Part shown: piece by piece, positions 6,921-16,732 of the stretch | Position numbering within the stretch: position 1 is the first letter of the stretch | Layout: the number at the start of each line of letters is the position of its first letter | Origin: a virus | DNA length: 64,000 nucleotides | Reading direction: 5' to 3' (one strand) | IMG/VR virus record: IMGVR_UViG_3300045988_061855 | The notes under the pieces: model-generated | Databases searched by the model: none | Told to the model about the DNA's origin: nothing | The model's input: only the letters and a program-made list of their open reading frames with translations | Position numbers and translations under genes: made by a program

Positions 6921-7680
6921 TTTAGAAAAGATATTCAGACCCATAGCAAAACAGGTGTCAAAATATGGTCCTGAAATTGCTGTGGGTGTAGGTATTGCAG
7001 GAATGATTACGACAACTATTCTTGCTGTCAAAGCAACACCAAAAGCTTTGAAGTTAATAGATGAAGCTAAGAAAGAAGAAGCAGTTGAACTCAAACCTAC
7101 AGAAGTTGTCAAGGTTGCATGGAAACCATATATTCCAGTGATGATTTCAGGAGCATTATCCATAGGTTGCATAGTTGGAGCGAGCACAGTTCATGTAAAA
7201 AGAAACGCTGCTCTTGCTACGGCATATCAGTTGGCGGCTAACACACTCAGTGACTATAAAGAGAAAGTTATAGAGACCATCGGTGAAGAAAAAGAAAAAG
7301 AAGTACAGAAGAAAGTAGATGCTAAGAAAGTAGAAAAAATTAGTTCTACTGAGCCATCTTTTGTACGTAAGGGAAAGCCTTTATGTATTGAACCGATATC
7401 TGGTCGTCCATTTGAAATGGATTTGGAAGATGTCAAGGCCGCTATTAATAGACTCAATTATAGACTTACAGGTGGTATGGAAGAATGTATCTCTTTGTCA
7501 GAATGGTATGATGAGATTGGATTAAAACATACCGATGTATCAGATTATATGGGTTGGAATATTTACAGTGACGGCTTAATTACAGTAACTGAAGTCCCAA
7601 GTTCAACAGATGATGGCGAATTATGCTGGGTACTTGAGTATGCAGTATTACCACATTACAAGTATGAGAAAACGCGTTAA
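6910..7680 (+). CDS. DUF6353-like membrane-anchored protein, paralogue 2
   Basis: KYGPEIAVGVGIAGMITTTILAVKATPKALKLIDEAKKEE. Central and C-terminal blocks are also shared with paralogue 1 (e.g. MGW, F/YE). Confidence 0.8.
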   Translation: MRTNLEKIFRPIAKQVSKYGPEIAVGVGIAGMITTTILAVKATPKALKLIDEAKKEEAVELKPTEVVKVAWKPYIPVMISGALSIGCIVGASTVHVKRNAALATAYQLAANTLSDYKEKVIETIGEEKEKEVQKKVDAKKVEKISSTEPSFVRKGKPLCIEPISGRPFEMDLEDVKAAINRLNYRLTGGMEECISLSEWYDEIGLKHTDVSDYMGWNIYSDGLITVTEVPSSTDDGELCWVLEYAVLPHYKYEKTR

Positions 7681-7697
7681 AAACAACACCTTTAATG
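7679..7697 (+). promoter_or_regulatory. Early-region box copy
   Basis: aaaaACAacaccTTTAATG; overlaps the stop of the 6910 gene and lies upstream of the 7743 gene. Confidence 0.6.
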
Positions 7698-7742
7698 GAT
7701 AAATACATATCCAATTAATTATATTCTAGGAGGATTTATATT

Positions 7743-8036
7743 ATGTCAAACGAAGAAAAGAAAGTAATTGAAATGGAAGATACACAGGTATCAGAAGAAG
7801 CTACTGAAATCACAGCAGTTTCAGAGAGTAAAGGACAGAAAGTACGTAATTTTATTAAGAAAAACGGCAAGAAACTCGGAATTGGAGTTGGTGCAGGTTT
7901 AGGAATGATATTATGTTACGCTCTGGGAAAGAAATCTGGACATAGTGATTTGGAAGCTATGAATGATTATGTGGATGGCGATTACACGGTTCTTGATAAC
8001 GATGACAGCAATGATGAAGCTGTAGAAGAAAATTGA
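7743..8036 (+). CDS. Acidic protein with one TM segment
   Basis: AGGAGG RBS. LGIGVGAGLGMILCYALG flanked by acidic termini. Confidence 0.65.
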   Translation: MSNEEKKVIEMEDTQVSEEATEITAVSESKGQKVRNFIKKNGKKLGIGVGAGLGMILCYALGKKSGHSDLEAMNDYVDGDYTVLDNDDSNDEAVEEN

Positions 8037-8110
8037 ATATTTATTAAACCGAGAGGGAGATGCTCTTAACAGAGTGTCTTCCTTTTTTTTGGCTGAAAGG
8101 AGATATTAAT

Positions 8111-8302
8111 ATGCCAAGATATGTCTATAACGGACCAATTATGTCGTTTAATGTTTGTATTGCTAGTAATTGGAAAGGAGAGACATACGCTCCTTCCGAG
8201 GCAAAAGCAAGAAACAATTTAGCTTATCAATTTAAAAAGCAGAATAACAGGATTGCAGGAACAAATATTTCTCTTCCTGGCAGATTGCTAGAAACATATT
8301 AA
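8111..8302 (+). CDS. Hypothetical protein, 63 aa
   Basis: ATG behind AAAGGAGA; the track's upstream start lies inside a terminator. Confidence 0.6.
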   Translation: MPRYVYNGPIMSFNVCIASNWKGETYAPSEAKARNNLAYQFKKQNNRIAGTNISLPGRLLETY

Positions 8303-8314
8303 AGGAGATATTCA

Positions 8315-8959
8315 ATGAGCGAAGTAAAAATGGATATTAAACCAAACTCTCACAGATATAAAGCCGAACAGCAGGCCAAATTATCAGAAGAGAGAAAAGT
8401 AAGCAAAGTAACCAGTGGTAGGGTCAGAACTAAGAAGAAATCTGAGATTGCGAAGATGAAAGATTCTATCATATCCCCAGAAGCTAGTGGAATGCAGTCT
8501 TATATTTTTGGAAGTGTGCTTATACCAGCTGTAAAGAAATTGATGTCAGATATTGTAAAAGATGGTATTGACATCCTTCTGTATGGTGACACACGGAGAT
8601 CAAGTAGAGACCGTGACGACAGGGACAGGTATTCTAATGGAGCAACGTATGTCTCTTATAGAAGTTATTCTGATAGAGACCGTGACGACAGAGAGCGGAG
8701 ACGGGAATCAAGATATGCGTATGACTATAAAGAATTAATATTTGACAGTAGGTCAGATGCTAAAGAAGTTTTAGACACTCTACTTGATATTCTTGATACC
8801 TATGATTCAGTAAGTGTCGGGGATTTATATGATGCAGTAGGCATGAGTCACAATTACACGGACAATGATTATGGATGGACTAATTTAAGTTCAGCAGAGG
8901 TTGTTTGTATCAGAGGCGATTACATGCTCAGATTACCAAAGGCTAAGCCTTTAAGATAG
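8315..8959 (+). CDS. Protein with an RD/RE-rich low-complexity centre and a C-terminal globular domain
   Basis: RBS AAAGGAGA. RRSSRDRDDRDRY...SDRDRDDRERRRESRY, then ...VSVGDLYDAVGMSHNYTDNDYGWTNL... Confidence 0.7.
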   Translation: MSEVKMDIKPNSHRYKAEQQAKLSEERKVSKVTSGRVRTKKKSEIAKMKDSIISPEASGMQSYIFGSVLIPAVKKLMSDIVKDGIDILLYGDTRRSSRDRDDRDRYSNGATYVSYRSYSDRDRDDRERRRESRYAYDYKELIFDSRSDAKEVLDTLLDILDTYDSVSVGDLYDAVGMSHNYTDNDYGWTNLSSAEVVCIRGDYMLRLPKAKPLR

Positions 8960-8967
8960 GAGGAACT

Positions 8968-9081
8968 ATGAAGAAATCATTAGGATATTATTTAGGAAAT
9001 GCTTTTGCAGCTGTTATAGCAATATGTGTAATGGTGCTTATTATGACTCTTACATATAAACTGGTTATGTGGATTTTATAG
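8968..9081 (+). CDS. TM peptide, 37 aa (sub-threshold)
   Basis: TAGGAGGAACT-ATG. MKKSLGYYLGNAFAAVIAICVMVLIMTLTYKLVMWIL*. Confidence 0.4.
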   Translation: MKKSLGYYLGNAFAAVIAICVMVLIMTLTYKLVMWIL

Positions 9082-9092
9082 GGGGTTATATT

Positions 9093-9482
9093 ATGGCATA
9101 CGTTAAAGAAAATGACACGATTCAGAATAGTAGTAATCCAATAAATAGAAATGGAATTTTAAGCAAAGCAGAGTCAATTATTAATGGTGAGCGTCAGGGA
9201 ACATATGGTGATGCTGAAGATAGTTTTCAGACAATTGCAGATATGTGGAGTGCGTATCTGAACACAGAGATATCATCTGAAGATGTTGCTAATATGATGA
9301 TTCTTATGAAAGTTGCTAGGAATTCTAGTGGGGTTTACAAGGATGATAATTGGATTGATATTTGCGGTTATGCGGCATTGGGCGGAGAAATTCAGGCTGC
9401 TAAAAATGCAATTCATGTGCAGTTTGAAGAAAATAAAAAAATAACTGCATCTATTATTGATGGTTTGAAAGGAGATAAATAA
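9093..9482 (+). CDS. DUF6378-like protein
   Basis: GERQGTYGDAEDSFQTIADMWSAYL...MILMKVARN...DNWIDICGYAALGGE matches my recollection of DUF6378. Confidence 0.7.
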   Translation: MAYVKENDTIQNSSNPINRNGILSKAESIINGERQGTYGDAEDSFQTIADMWSAYLNTEISSEDVANMMILMKVARNSSGVYKDDNWIDICGYAALGGEIQAAKNAIHVQFEENKKITASIIDGLKGDK

Positions 9483-10447
9483 TGTTTAATTTTAATAATA
9501 TGGCTAACAAGGCTTCAAGAATGTTAAATAAGGTAGGATTTCAGGTAAAGAAATATAGTCCTGAGATTCTTATATGTGCTGGTGTGATTGGTGTAGGTGC
9601 AAGTGGTGTAATGGCTTGCAGAGCGACAACAAAGCTAAGTGATATCATTGATAAGGCTAATGACGACATCATCAAGACTGATGAGGTTATAGCTAATCCT
9701 GATATGTTACCAGAGGGGTCAGAAGAGTATACAGAAGAAGATGCCACTAAGGATAAAGTAATAATCAGAGCGCATATGGTAATGGATATTGTAAAGCTGT
9801 ATGCACCATCAGTTATATTAGGTGGATTATCACTCACAGCAATTCTTACATCTAACAATATTCTCAGGAAGAGAAATATTGCACTTGCAGCTGCTTATGC
9901 TTCAACTAACAAGACGCTTAAGGAATACAGACAGAGAGTTGTTGAGCGTTTTGGAGAAGATGTTGACAAACAGCTTAGATTTAATACAAAGCAGGAAGAA
10001 ATTGAAGAAACTGTCATAGATGAGAAGACTGGCAAAGAGAAGAAAGTTAAGAAGACTATAGAAGTGTTTGACCCTAACACTCTTGGCGATTTTGCGGTTA
10101 TATTTGATGAGTCTAATGTTAACTGGAGTAAGACACCTGGCGCTAATAAAATGTTTCTTATTAATCAGCAGAGATATCTAAACGATAAGCTTAAGGCTAA
10201 AGGACGTTTATTTGTAAACGACGTTAATGAAGCACTCGGATTCCCGTTGACAGCAGCTGGTCAGGTTGCTGGTTGGGTTTACGATGAGGAGCATCCTATA
10301 GGAGACAATTGTATTGATTTTGGATTGTTCGATTTAGACAATCCTAGAGCGGTAGATTTTGTCAATGGATATGAGCGAAGCATTATAATTGATTATAATT
10401 GTGATGGGAACATCTTGAAGTATCTTGATGAGCCCAGGATTAGATAG
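9482..10447 (+). CDS. DUF6353-like membrane-anchored protein, paralogue 3
   Basis: KKYSPEILICAGVIGVGASGVMACRATTKLSDII, with a longer middle region than the other two paralogues. Confidence 0.75.
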   Translation: MFNFNNMANKASRMLNKVGFQVKKYSPEILICAGVIGVGASGVMACRATTKLSDIIDKANDDIIKTDEVIANPDMLPEGSEEYTEEDATKDKVIIRAHMVMDIVKLYAPSVILGGLSLTAILTSNNILRKRNIALAAAYASTNKTLKEYRQRVVERFGEDVDKQLRFNTKQEEIEETVIDEKTGKEKKVKKTIEVFDPNTLGDFAVIFDESNVNWSKTPGANKMFLINQQRYLNDKLKAKGRLFVNDVNEALGFPLTAAGQVAGWVYDEEHPIGDNCIDFGLFDLDNPRAVDFVNGYERSIIIDYNCDGNILKYLDEPRIR

Positions 10448-10541
10448 CATTGGCTCGGGTAATGTATACCGAGATATGTTTGATTACCCTTGGTTATTCG
10501 GTTACTAATCGAGCCAAGGGTATTTTTACGAAGGGAGTATT

Positions 10542-11133
10542 ATGCAAATTAAGAACCAACTAGCTGCTATCGGAATGGCGTTTGTAATTGGTGTATCTTC
10601 ATTAATTCCTATTCATATGAAGAAGCCAGTTACGAACGAAATATTCAAAGCAAGTGTTTCAAGTGAAATTATTGTTCCAATGCAGTATAAAGTCGACGAT
10701 ACTGCTGAAGAAGATTTATATTTTGATGAATTAATTGAAGATGAAACCATTGAAATAGCAGAAATAGAAGAGTCTGTGATTGAGCAGACCTTCGTAATGT
10801 CAGATGACGAGATTGAATTGTTAACATTAGTTACTATGGCAGAAGCGGAAGGCGAAAGTGAATACGGTCAAAGATTGGTTATTGATACTATTCTGAATCG
10901 TATTGATTGCGAGCGTTTTGATAATTCATTAAGTGAGGTTATATATGCGCCTGGTCAGTTTTCTTCGGTGCGGACGAATAAACAGATGCTACGTTAAGGA
11001 AGATATTTACCAGCTAGTGATTGATGAGTTACTCAATCGAACAAATGACGAAGTTTTATATTTCACAGCAGGGCATTACAGTGAATATGGCACGCCTCTG
11101 TTTTGTGAAGGAAATCATTATTTTTCAAAATAA
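10542..11133 (+). pseudogene. SleB/CwlJ-type cell-wall hydrolase, reading frame broken near 10960-10997
   Basis: Frame 1 gives ...TMAEAEGESEYGQRLVIDTILNRIDCERF...YAPGQFSSVRTNKQMLR*. The +1 frame continues ...KEDIYQLVIDELLNRTNDEVLYFTAGHYSEYGTPLFCEGNHYF, the expected C-terminal part of the domain. Confidence 0.6.
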
Positions 11134-11145
11134 GGAGAATTTACT

Positions 11146-11679
11146 ATGAATAAGATTGATATGATATTTTCATTTATTCTTGGTGCCGCGGCAGGTTCTG
11201 TAGTCACCTGGGAAGTTGTAAAGTATAAATTTGATTTGGGTCCATACGAAGATATTATTGAAGAAGGCAGTTCTGAAAACTGTGAACTGACTAGCGTAGA
11301 AGGCATCGAAGGTGTAAAAAAAAACGCTAAAAATATAATAGAAACACAGGAGTATGTGGCTTATAACAAGAGCGAAGAAAAGGAGGAAGATGAAAGTATG
11401 AATAACACTGGACCATATGTGATCACACCAGATGAATACGATTGCTCTGAATACGAGCCAACAACTCTTAATTATTATGCAGATGGTGTTCTTACAGATA
11501 TCTACGATAATAAGATTGATGACATTGATGAGATGGTTGGTCTTGAATCTTTAGAACATTTCGGTGAGTATGAAGACGATACCGTATATGTCAGAGATGA
11601 TAGTAAAAAAGTTGACTATGAAATTCTTCGAAATTCAGAAGAATATTATGATTTGTATCCAGATGAGAGGAATGTTTAA
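11146..11679 (+). CDS. N-terminally anchored acidic protein
   Basis: AAGGAGA RBS. IFSFILGAAAGSVVTW TM segment, then a D/E-rich body. Confidence 0.7.
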   Translation: MNKIDMIFSFILGAAAGSVVTWEVVKYKFDLGPYEDIIEEGSSENCELTSVEGIEGVKKNAKNIIETQEYVAYNKSEEKEEDESMNNTGPYVITPDEYDCSEYEPTTLNYYADGVLTDIYDNKIDDIDEMVGLESLEHFGEYEDDTVYVRDDSKKVDYEILRNSEEYYDLYPDERNV

Positions 11680-12224
11680 TGAATATAGATGAAATAAACG
11701 ATGAATACTTTGCATGGCTGAGCGATAAAGTTTGCAAGGGTAGATTTTCCAAGGATGTTTCATATTCTGAATTATTACATGCGTTGCATAAAACAGAATT
11801 TAGGTGGAGGATGAGTAATGACACTAATCGTGCATCTGATGGTCTTATGCTTCGTCGTAGATTCGCATCATTCATGGGATTTGAAGAGGATTATTTCTTA
11901 CCATATATAACAGGACCTTGTACTGTATTGGAGATGATGATTGCACTTGCAATCAGATGTGAAGTAAGTATTATGGACAACCCAAAAGTTGGGGATAGAA
12001 CTGCGCAGTGGTTTTGGGAAATGATAAACAACATGGAACTTGGTGGTATGTATAATAATAACTTCGACAAGCGATATGTAAATGATGTCATTGATAGATT
12101 CATTGATAGGGAATACTCGCCAAACGGTAAAGGTGGATTGTTTTATATCAGGGATTGCAAATGTGATTTAGCAATGGTTGAGATATGGGACCAGATGTGT
12201 TGGTATCTTAACGGTATATCTTAG
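11679..12224 (+). CDS. Hypothetical protein, 181 aa
   Basis: Start overlaps the previous stop (TAATG); no recognised motif. Confidence 0.7.
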   Translation: MNIDEINDEYFAWLSDKVCKGRFSKDVSYSELLHALHKTEFRWRMSNDTNRASDGLMLRRRFASFMGFEEDYFLPYITGPCTVLEMMIALAIRCEVSIMDNPKVGDRTAQWFWEMINNMELGGMYNNNFDKRYVNDVIDRFIDREYSPNGKGGLFYIRDCKCDLAMVEIWDQMCWYLNGIS

Positions 12225-12244
12225 AAAGGAGGACTTGAAATGTA

Positions 12245-15200
12245 ATGCTTGATTTTTTAAAAATATCTGCTCGCAGCAAAAAGCAGGGCGTTACAGAGAT
12301 ATATCCTCGATTCATTATTAATAACAGAAGCACAGACCTCATGATACGAGGTGGAGATTTTTATGCAGTCTGGATTGAAGAGTCTGGTTTGTGGTCTACA
12401 GATGAACAGGATGTAATTCAAATGATAGACCATGAACTGGATAAATTTGCTGATGAGTATAAGCAACATTCCATGGGCGAAAGTGTTTATATTCTTCATA
12501 TGTGGGACAGCGAAACTGGCGTGATAGATTCTTGGCATAAATATTGCCAAAAGCAGATGAGAGATAATTTTCATCCGTTAGATGAAACACTCATATTTGC
12601 AAACACTAAGACAACTAAGAAGGATTACGCAAGTAAGCGATTGGAATATCCTTTGGAAAAAGGCGACACATCAGCATGGGATAAGCTCATTTCAACTTTA
12701 TATTCTCCAGAAGAAAGACATAAGATTGAATGGGCTATAGGAGCAGTAATCACTGGTGACTCTAAATGGATTCAGAAATTTATGGTATTCTATGGTGCTG
12801 CTGGAACAGGTAAATCAACAATTCTTAACGTTATACAGGAATTATTTAAAGGATATTATTCGGTCTTTGATGCTAAAGCATTAGGCTCATCTAGCAATGT
12901 ATTTGCTTTGGAGGCATTCAAGACAAATCCTTTGGTGGCTATCCAACATGATGGTGATTTATCTCATATTGAGGATAACACTAGGTTAAATAGTCTTGTA
13001 TCTCATGAGCTTATGACTGTGAATGAAAAGTTCAAGTCAACATATTCTAATAGATTTAATGCTTTCTTATTTATGGGTACAAATAAACCTGTAAAGATTA
13101 CGGATGGCAAATCTGGTCTTATTCGAAGACTTATCGATGTAACTCCATCAGGGAATAAATTGAATAGTAGAGAATATAAACAGGTTGTTAAGCAGGTTGG
13201 TTTTGAGTTGGGCGCTATAGCCTATCATTGTAAAAATGTTTATGACGAAGAACCAGATGCTTACGACAGCTATATCCCAATTGATATGATGGGAGCGTCA
13301 AATGACTTTTATAACTTTGTTATGGATTCATATTTTGTATTTTCTAGGGATGATGAGACAACTTTGAAAGCTTCTTGGGAAATGTACAAGGTATATTGCG
13401 ATGACGCAAAAGTACCTTACCCATATTCACAAAGAATATTTAAAGAAGAGTTGAAGAATTATTTCAAGGAATACGAAGAAGAACCAGACAGTAAAGGTCG
13501 TATGAAAAATATCTATAGAAAGTTTAAGAAAGAGATATTTGAATCTGAAAAAAAGTCGGAGGGTAAAAATGAGAATGTCAATTCAGAATCATGGCTCGTC
13601 ATTGAAGAATCTACAGGCAACACAACTTTCAGCAAAGAATGCTGTAGGTGTCCAGCTCAATATGCCACAGACAATGAGACTCCAACTATGCCATGGGATA
13701 AAGTCACAACAAAACTCAGTGATATTGACGAATCGAGACTTCATTATGTCAAGGTTCCTGAAAATCACATAGTTATTGATTTTGATATCAAGGATGAGAA
13801 AGGAGAAAAATCATTTGAAAAGAATTTGGCAGAGGCTAGTAAATGGCCTCCTACATACGCTGAAATCAGCAAAGGAGGCGCTGGGATACATCTTCATTAT
13901 ATTTATACTGGAGATGTTACTAAGCTTAGCCGAATATTTGCAGATGAAATAGAAATTAAGGTATTTACTGGAAAATCTTCATTGCGAAGGAAACTGACTA
14001 AATGTAATAACTTACCAATTGCAACCATCAGTTCTGGTTTACCTTTAAAGGAGGAAAAGAAAATGGTAAGTGGAGAGGTGATTAAATCTGAGCGAAGCTT
14101 ACGAGAGCTAATAAAGCGTAACTTGCTCAAAGAGATTCATCCAGGCACAAAGCCTAGTATGGATTTTATAGTAAAGATTCTGGATGACGCATATTCTAGC
14201 GGACTTAAATATGATGTGTCTGATATGAAAAATGCAATAATTGGATTTGCGGCGCAGAGTTCAAATCATTCGGATTATTGCTTAAAACTGGTTGACCAGA
14301 TTAAATGGAAATCAGAAGATATGGACAGTTCAAATGATGCAGATTCAGATGAACTTATATTTTATGATATTGAAGTATTCCCTAATTTGTTTCTTGTTAA
14401 TTGGAAAATACAGGGAGAAGGACGATCAGTTATACGAATGATTAATCCTAGTCCATCAGATATTGAAGAATTAACCAGATTCAAACTGGTCGGATTCAAT
14501 TGTAGAAGGTATGATAATCATTTGATATATGCACGAATGATGGGGTATACAAATGAGCAATTATACGATTTATCGCAGAGAATTATATCTGGTGATAGAA
14601 ATGCGTTCTTTGGTGCAGCATATAATTTAAGTTATACCGATGTATATGATTTTGCATCAGCTGGAAATAAAAAAAGTTTAAAGAAGCTTGAAATTGAGAT
14701 GGGAATACACCATCAGGAATTAGGTTTGCCATGGGATAAACCGGTCCCTAAGGAAATGTGGGTAAAGGTCGCTGAGTATTGTGATAATGATGTTATCGCT
14801 ACTGAGGCGGCCTTTAATTATTTATCGGCAGACTGGACGGCAAGACAGATTCTAGCCGATTTAGCAGATATGACTGTTAATGATACGACAAACACATTAA
14901 CAACCAAAATCATATTTGGTAATAATAAAAAACCTCAGAATGAATTTCATTATCGAGATTTATCAAAGCCAGTTCCACCAGAAGATATTGATGAGGAGAC
15001 ATATCAATTCTTAGCTAGGTCTTGTCCTAAGATGATGGAAAAAACTCATGGCGATGCTGGAAGTTTATTACCATATTTCCCAGGTTATAAGTTTGAAAAT
15101 GGTAAGTCTACTTACCGTGGAGAAGATGTTGGTGAAGGTGGATTCGCTCAGGGTGTTCCTGGTATGTATGGTAATGTCGCATTGTTAGATATTGCCTCTA

Positions 15201-16387
15201 TGCACCCACATAGTGTTATTGCTGAATGCTTGTTTGGTGTTAGATATACAAAGGCATTTCAGGATATTGTTGAGGGTCGAGTATCCATCAAGCATAAGGC
15301 ATGGGATGAAGTAAACCACATGCTAGATGGAAAGCTTACACCTTATATTCAGAAGGTTATTGATGGTGAGATGTCTGCTAAGCAGTTAGCAAATGCATTG
15401 AAGACCGCCATTAATTCAGTTTATGGTCTGACATCGGCAAACTTTGATAATCCATTTAGAGATATCCGTAATAAGGATAATATTGTTGCCAAGCGAGGAG
15501 CTCTGTTCATGATAGACCTTAAGAATGAGGTTCTGAAACGAGGATTCCAAGTTGCGCATATTAAGACGGATTCAATTAAGATTCCAGATGCTACGCCAGA
15601 GATTATTAAGTTTGTTATGGACTTTGGTGAACGATATGGATATACATTCGAGCATGAGGCTACATATGACAGAATGACTCTTGTTAACGATGCAGTTTAT
15701 ATTGCTAAATATAAGGACGCAGACGACTGTAAAAAGATGTATGGTTATATCCCGGGTGATAACGAAGAACACAGTAATCAGTGGACTGCTACTGGAACAC
15801 AGTTTGCGGTTCCATATTTGTTCAAGACACTATTTTCACATGAGAAAATTGAATTTGTGGATATGTGTGAGACATTCTCGGTATCTAAGGGTGACTTATA
15901 TTTGGATATGAATGAAGGATTGACAGATGTAAGTGGCTTAGAAAAAGAATTGGACAAGCTTGAATCTTTATATAAGAAGGGAAAGATATCAGATACAACT
16001 TTTGAGCCACAGGCCGCAGAACTTGTAGAGAAAATAAAAGCTGGTCATGACTTGCATTTTGTTGGACGAGTTGGACAGTTTACTCCTATAAAAAGGGGGT
16101 GCGGTGGCGGAGTATTATATCGTGTTAACGATGGTAAGAATTATGCAGCATCTGGCTCGACAGGTTTTAGATGGCTTGAATCAGAATCGGTGAAAGCGGC
16201 TAACATGTATGATGATATTGACCGTTCATTCTATCAGCGATTAATAGATGATGCGGTCGATACAATATCAAAGTATGGAGATTTTGAATGGTTCGTTTCG
16301 GACGACCCTTATATTTGTAAAGTGACTCCAGGGTTTATGAATATACCGGAAGATGCTGACGAAGACGAAGGGATGCCATTTGATTGA
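12245..16387 (+). CDS. Fusion protein: SF3/D5-like P-loop helicase + prim-pol-like domain + family B DNA polymerase with 3'-5' exonuclease
   Basis: P-loop GAAGTGKST (12794-12820). Prim-pol-like VIDFDIKD...GAGIHLHYIY. ExoI FYDIEVF, ExoII FNCRRYDNH, ExoIII YCDNDV. PolB motif A LDIASMHPHS, motif B KTAINSVYG, motif C IKTDSI. Confidence 0.9.
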   Translation: MLDFLKISARSKKQGVTEIYPRFIINNRSTDLMIRGGDFYAVWIEESGLWSTDEQDVIQMIDHELDKFADEYKQHSMGESVYILHMWDSETGVIDSWHKYCQKQMRDNFHPLDETLIFANTKTTKKDYASKRLEYPLEKGDTSAWDKLISTLYSPEERHKIEWAIGAVITGDSKWIQKFMVFYGAAGTGKSTILNVIQELFKGYYSVFDAKALGSSSNVFALEAFKTNPLVAIQHDGDLSHIEDNTRLNSLVSHELMTVNEKFKSTYSNRFNAFLFMGTNKPVKITDGKSGLIRRLIDVTPSGNKLNSREYKQVVKQVGFELGAIAYHCKNVYDEEPDAYDSYIPIDMMGASNDFYNFVMDSYFVFSRDDETTLKASWEMYKVYCDDAKVPYPYSQRIFKEELKNYFKEYEEEPDSKGRMKNIYRKFKKEIFESEKKSEGKNENVNSESWLVIEESTGNTTFSKECCRCPAQYATDNETPTMPWDKVTTKLSDIDESRLHYVKVPENHIVIDFDIKDEKGEKSFEKNLAEASKWPPTYAEISKGGAGIHLHYIYTGDVTKLSRIFADEIEIKVFTGKSSLRRKLTKCNNLPIATISSGLPLKEEKKMVSGEVIKSERSLRELIKRNLLKEIHPGTKPSMDFIVKILDDAYSSGLKYDVSDMKNAIIGFAAQSSNHSDYCLKLVDQIKWKSEDMDSSNDADSDELIFYDIEVFPNLFLVNWKIQGEGRSVIRMINPSPSDIEELTRFKLVGFNCRRYDNHLIYARMMGYTNEQLYDLSQRIISGDRNAFFGAAYNLSYTDVYDFASAGNKKSLKKLEIEMGIHHQELGLPWDKPVPKEMWVKVAEYCDNDVIATEAAFNYLSADWTARQILADLADMTVNDTTNTLTTKIIFGNNKKPQNEFHYRDLSKPVPPEDIDEETYQFLARSCPKMMEKTHGDAGSLLPYFPGYKFENGKSTYRGEDVGEGGFAQGVPGMYGNVALLDIASMHPHSVIAECLFGVRYTKAFQDIVEGRVSIKHKAWDEVNHMLDGKLTPYIQKVIDGEMSAKQLANALKTAINSVYGLTSANFDNPFRDIRNKDNIVAKRGALFMIDLKNEVLKRGFQVAHIKTDSIKIPDATPEIIKFVMDFGERYGYTFEHEATYDRMTLVNDAVYIAKYKDADDCKKMYGYIPGDNEEHSNQWTATGTQFAVPYLFKTLFSHEKIEFVDMCETFSVSKGDLYLDMNEGLTDVSGLEKELDKLESLYKKGKISDTTFEPQAAELVEKIKAGHDLHFVGRVGQFTPIKRGCGGGVLYRVNDGKNYAASGSTGFRWLESESVKAANMYDDIDRSFYQRLIDDAVDTISKYGDFEWFVSDDPYICKVTPGFMNIPEDADEDEGMPFD

Positions 16388-16397
16388 TGTTCGCTTG

Positions 16398-16416
16398 AAA
16401 AACACGGCATGTTATG
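16398..16416 (+). promoter_or_regulatory. Early-region box copy
   Basis: aaaaACAcggcaTGTTATG, just after the polymerase stop and upstream of the 16451 gene. Confidence 0.55.
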
Positions 16417-16450
16417 GATAAACATATCAAATCTAAGGAGGATTTATATT

Positions 16451-16645
16451 ATGAATACGTTAACATTGGATAGTAAACAGATTGGAAAAGTTGTATTTAA
16501 AGCAACTATTAGCTACTACATAGGTAAAAACATTGCGTTATCTGCTAACAGTATAATCAATAAGTTAGTAATAAAACCAAGTTTTACTACGTTGGCTAAT
16601 AACGGTAATAAAACAGCTCAGAAAATCCTAATGATATTAAAATAG
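16451..16645 (+). CDS. Hypothetical protein, 64 aa
   Basis: ATG behind AAGGAGG. Confidence 0.5.
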   Translation: MNTLTLDSKQIGKVVFKATISYYIGKNIALSANSIINKLVIKPSFTTLANNGNKTAQKILMILK

Positions 16646-16667
16646 GATTTCATATGTAATTTAAAAA

Positions 16668-16705
16668 GGCTCAGTGCAAAATGCATTGGGTCTTTTATTT
16701 TTTAT
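16668..16705 (+). terminator. Intrinsic terminator
   Basis: GGCTCAGTGCA pairs with TGCATTGGGTC (G.U pairs), then TTTTATTTTTT. Confidence 0.65.
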
Positions 16706-16732
16706 TAATTATATTTTAAGGAGATTTAGATT

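Noticed and set aside
10990-11000. UAA read-through or programmed +1 frameshift to repair the hydrolase gene
   Set aside because: Read-through stays in the wrong frame and hits TGA after 10 codons. CGT-TAA-G offers no re-pairing for the P-site tRNA.
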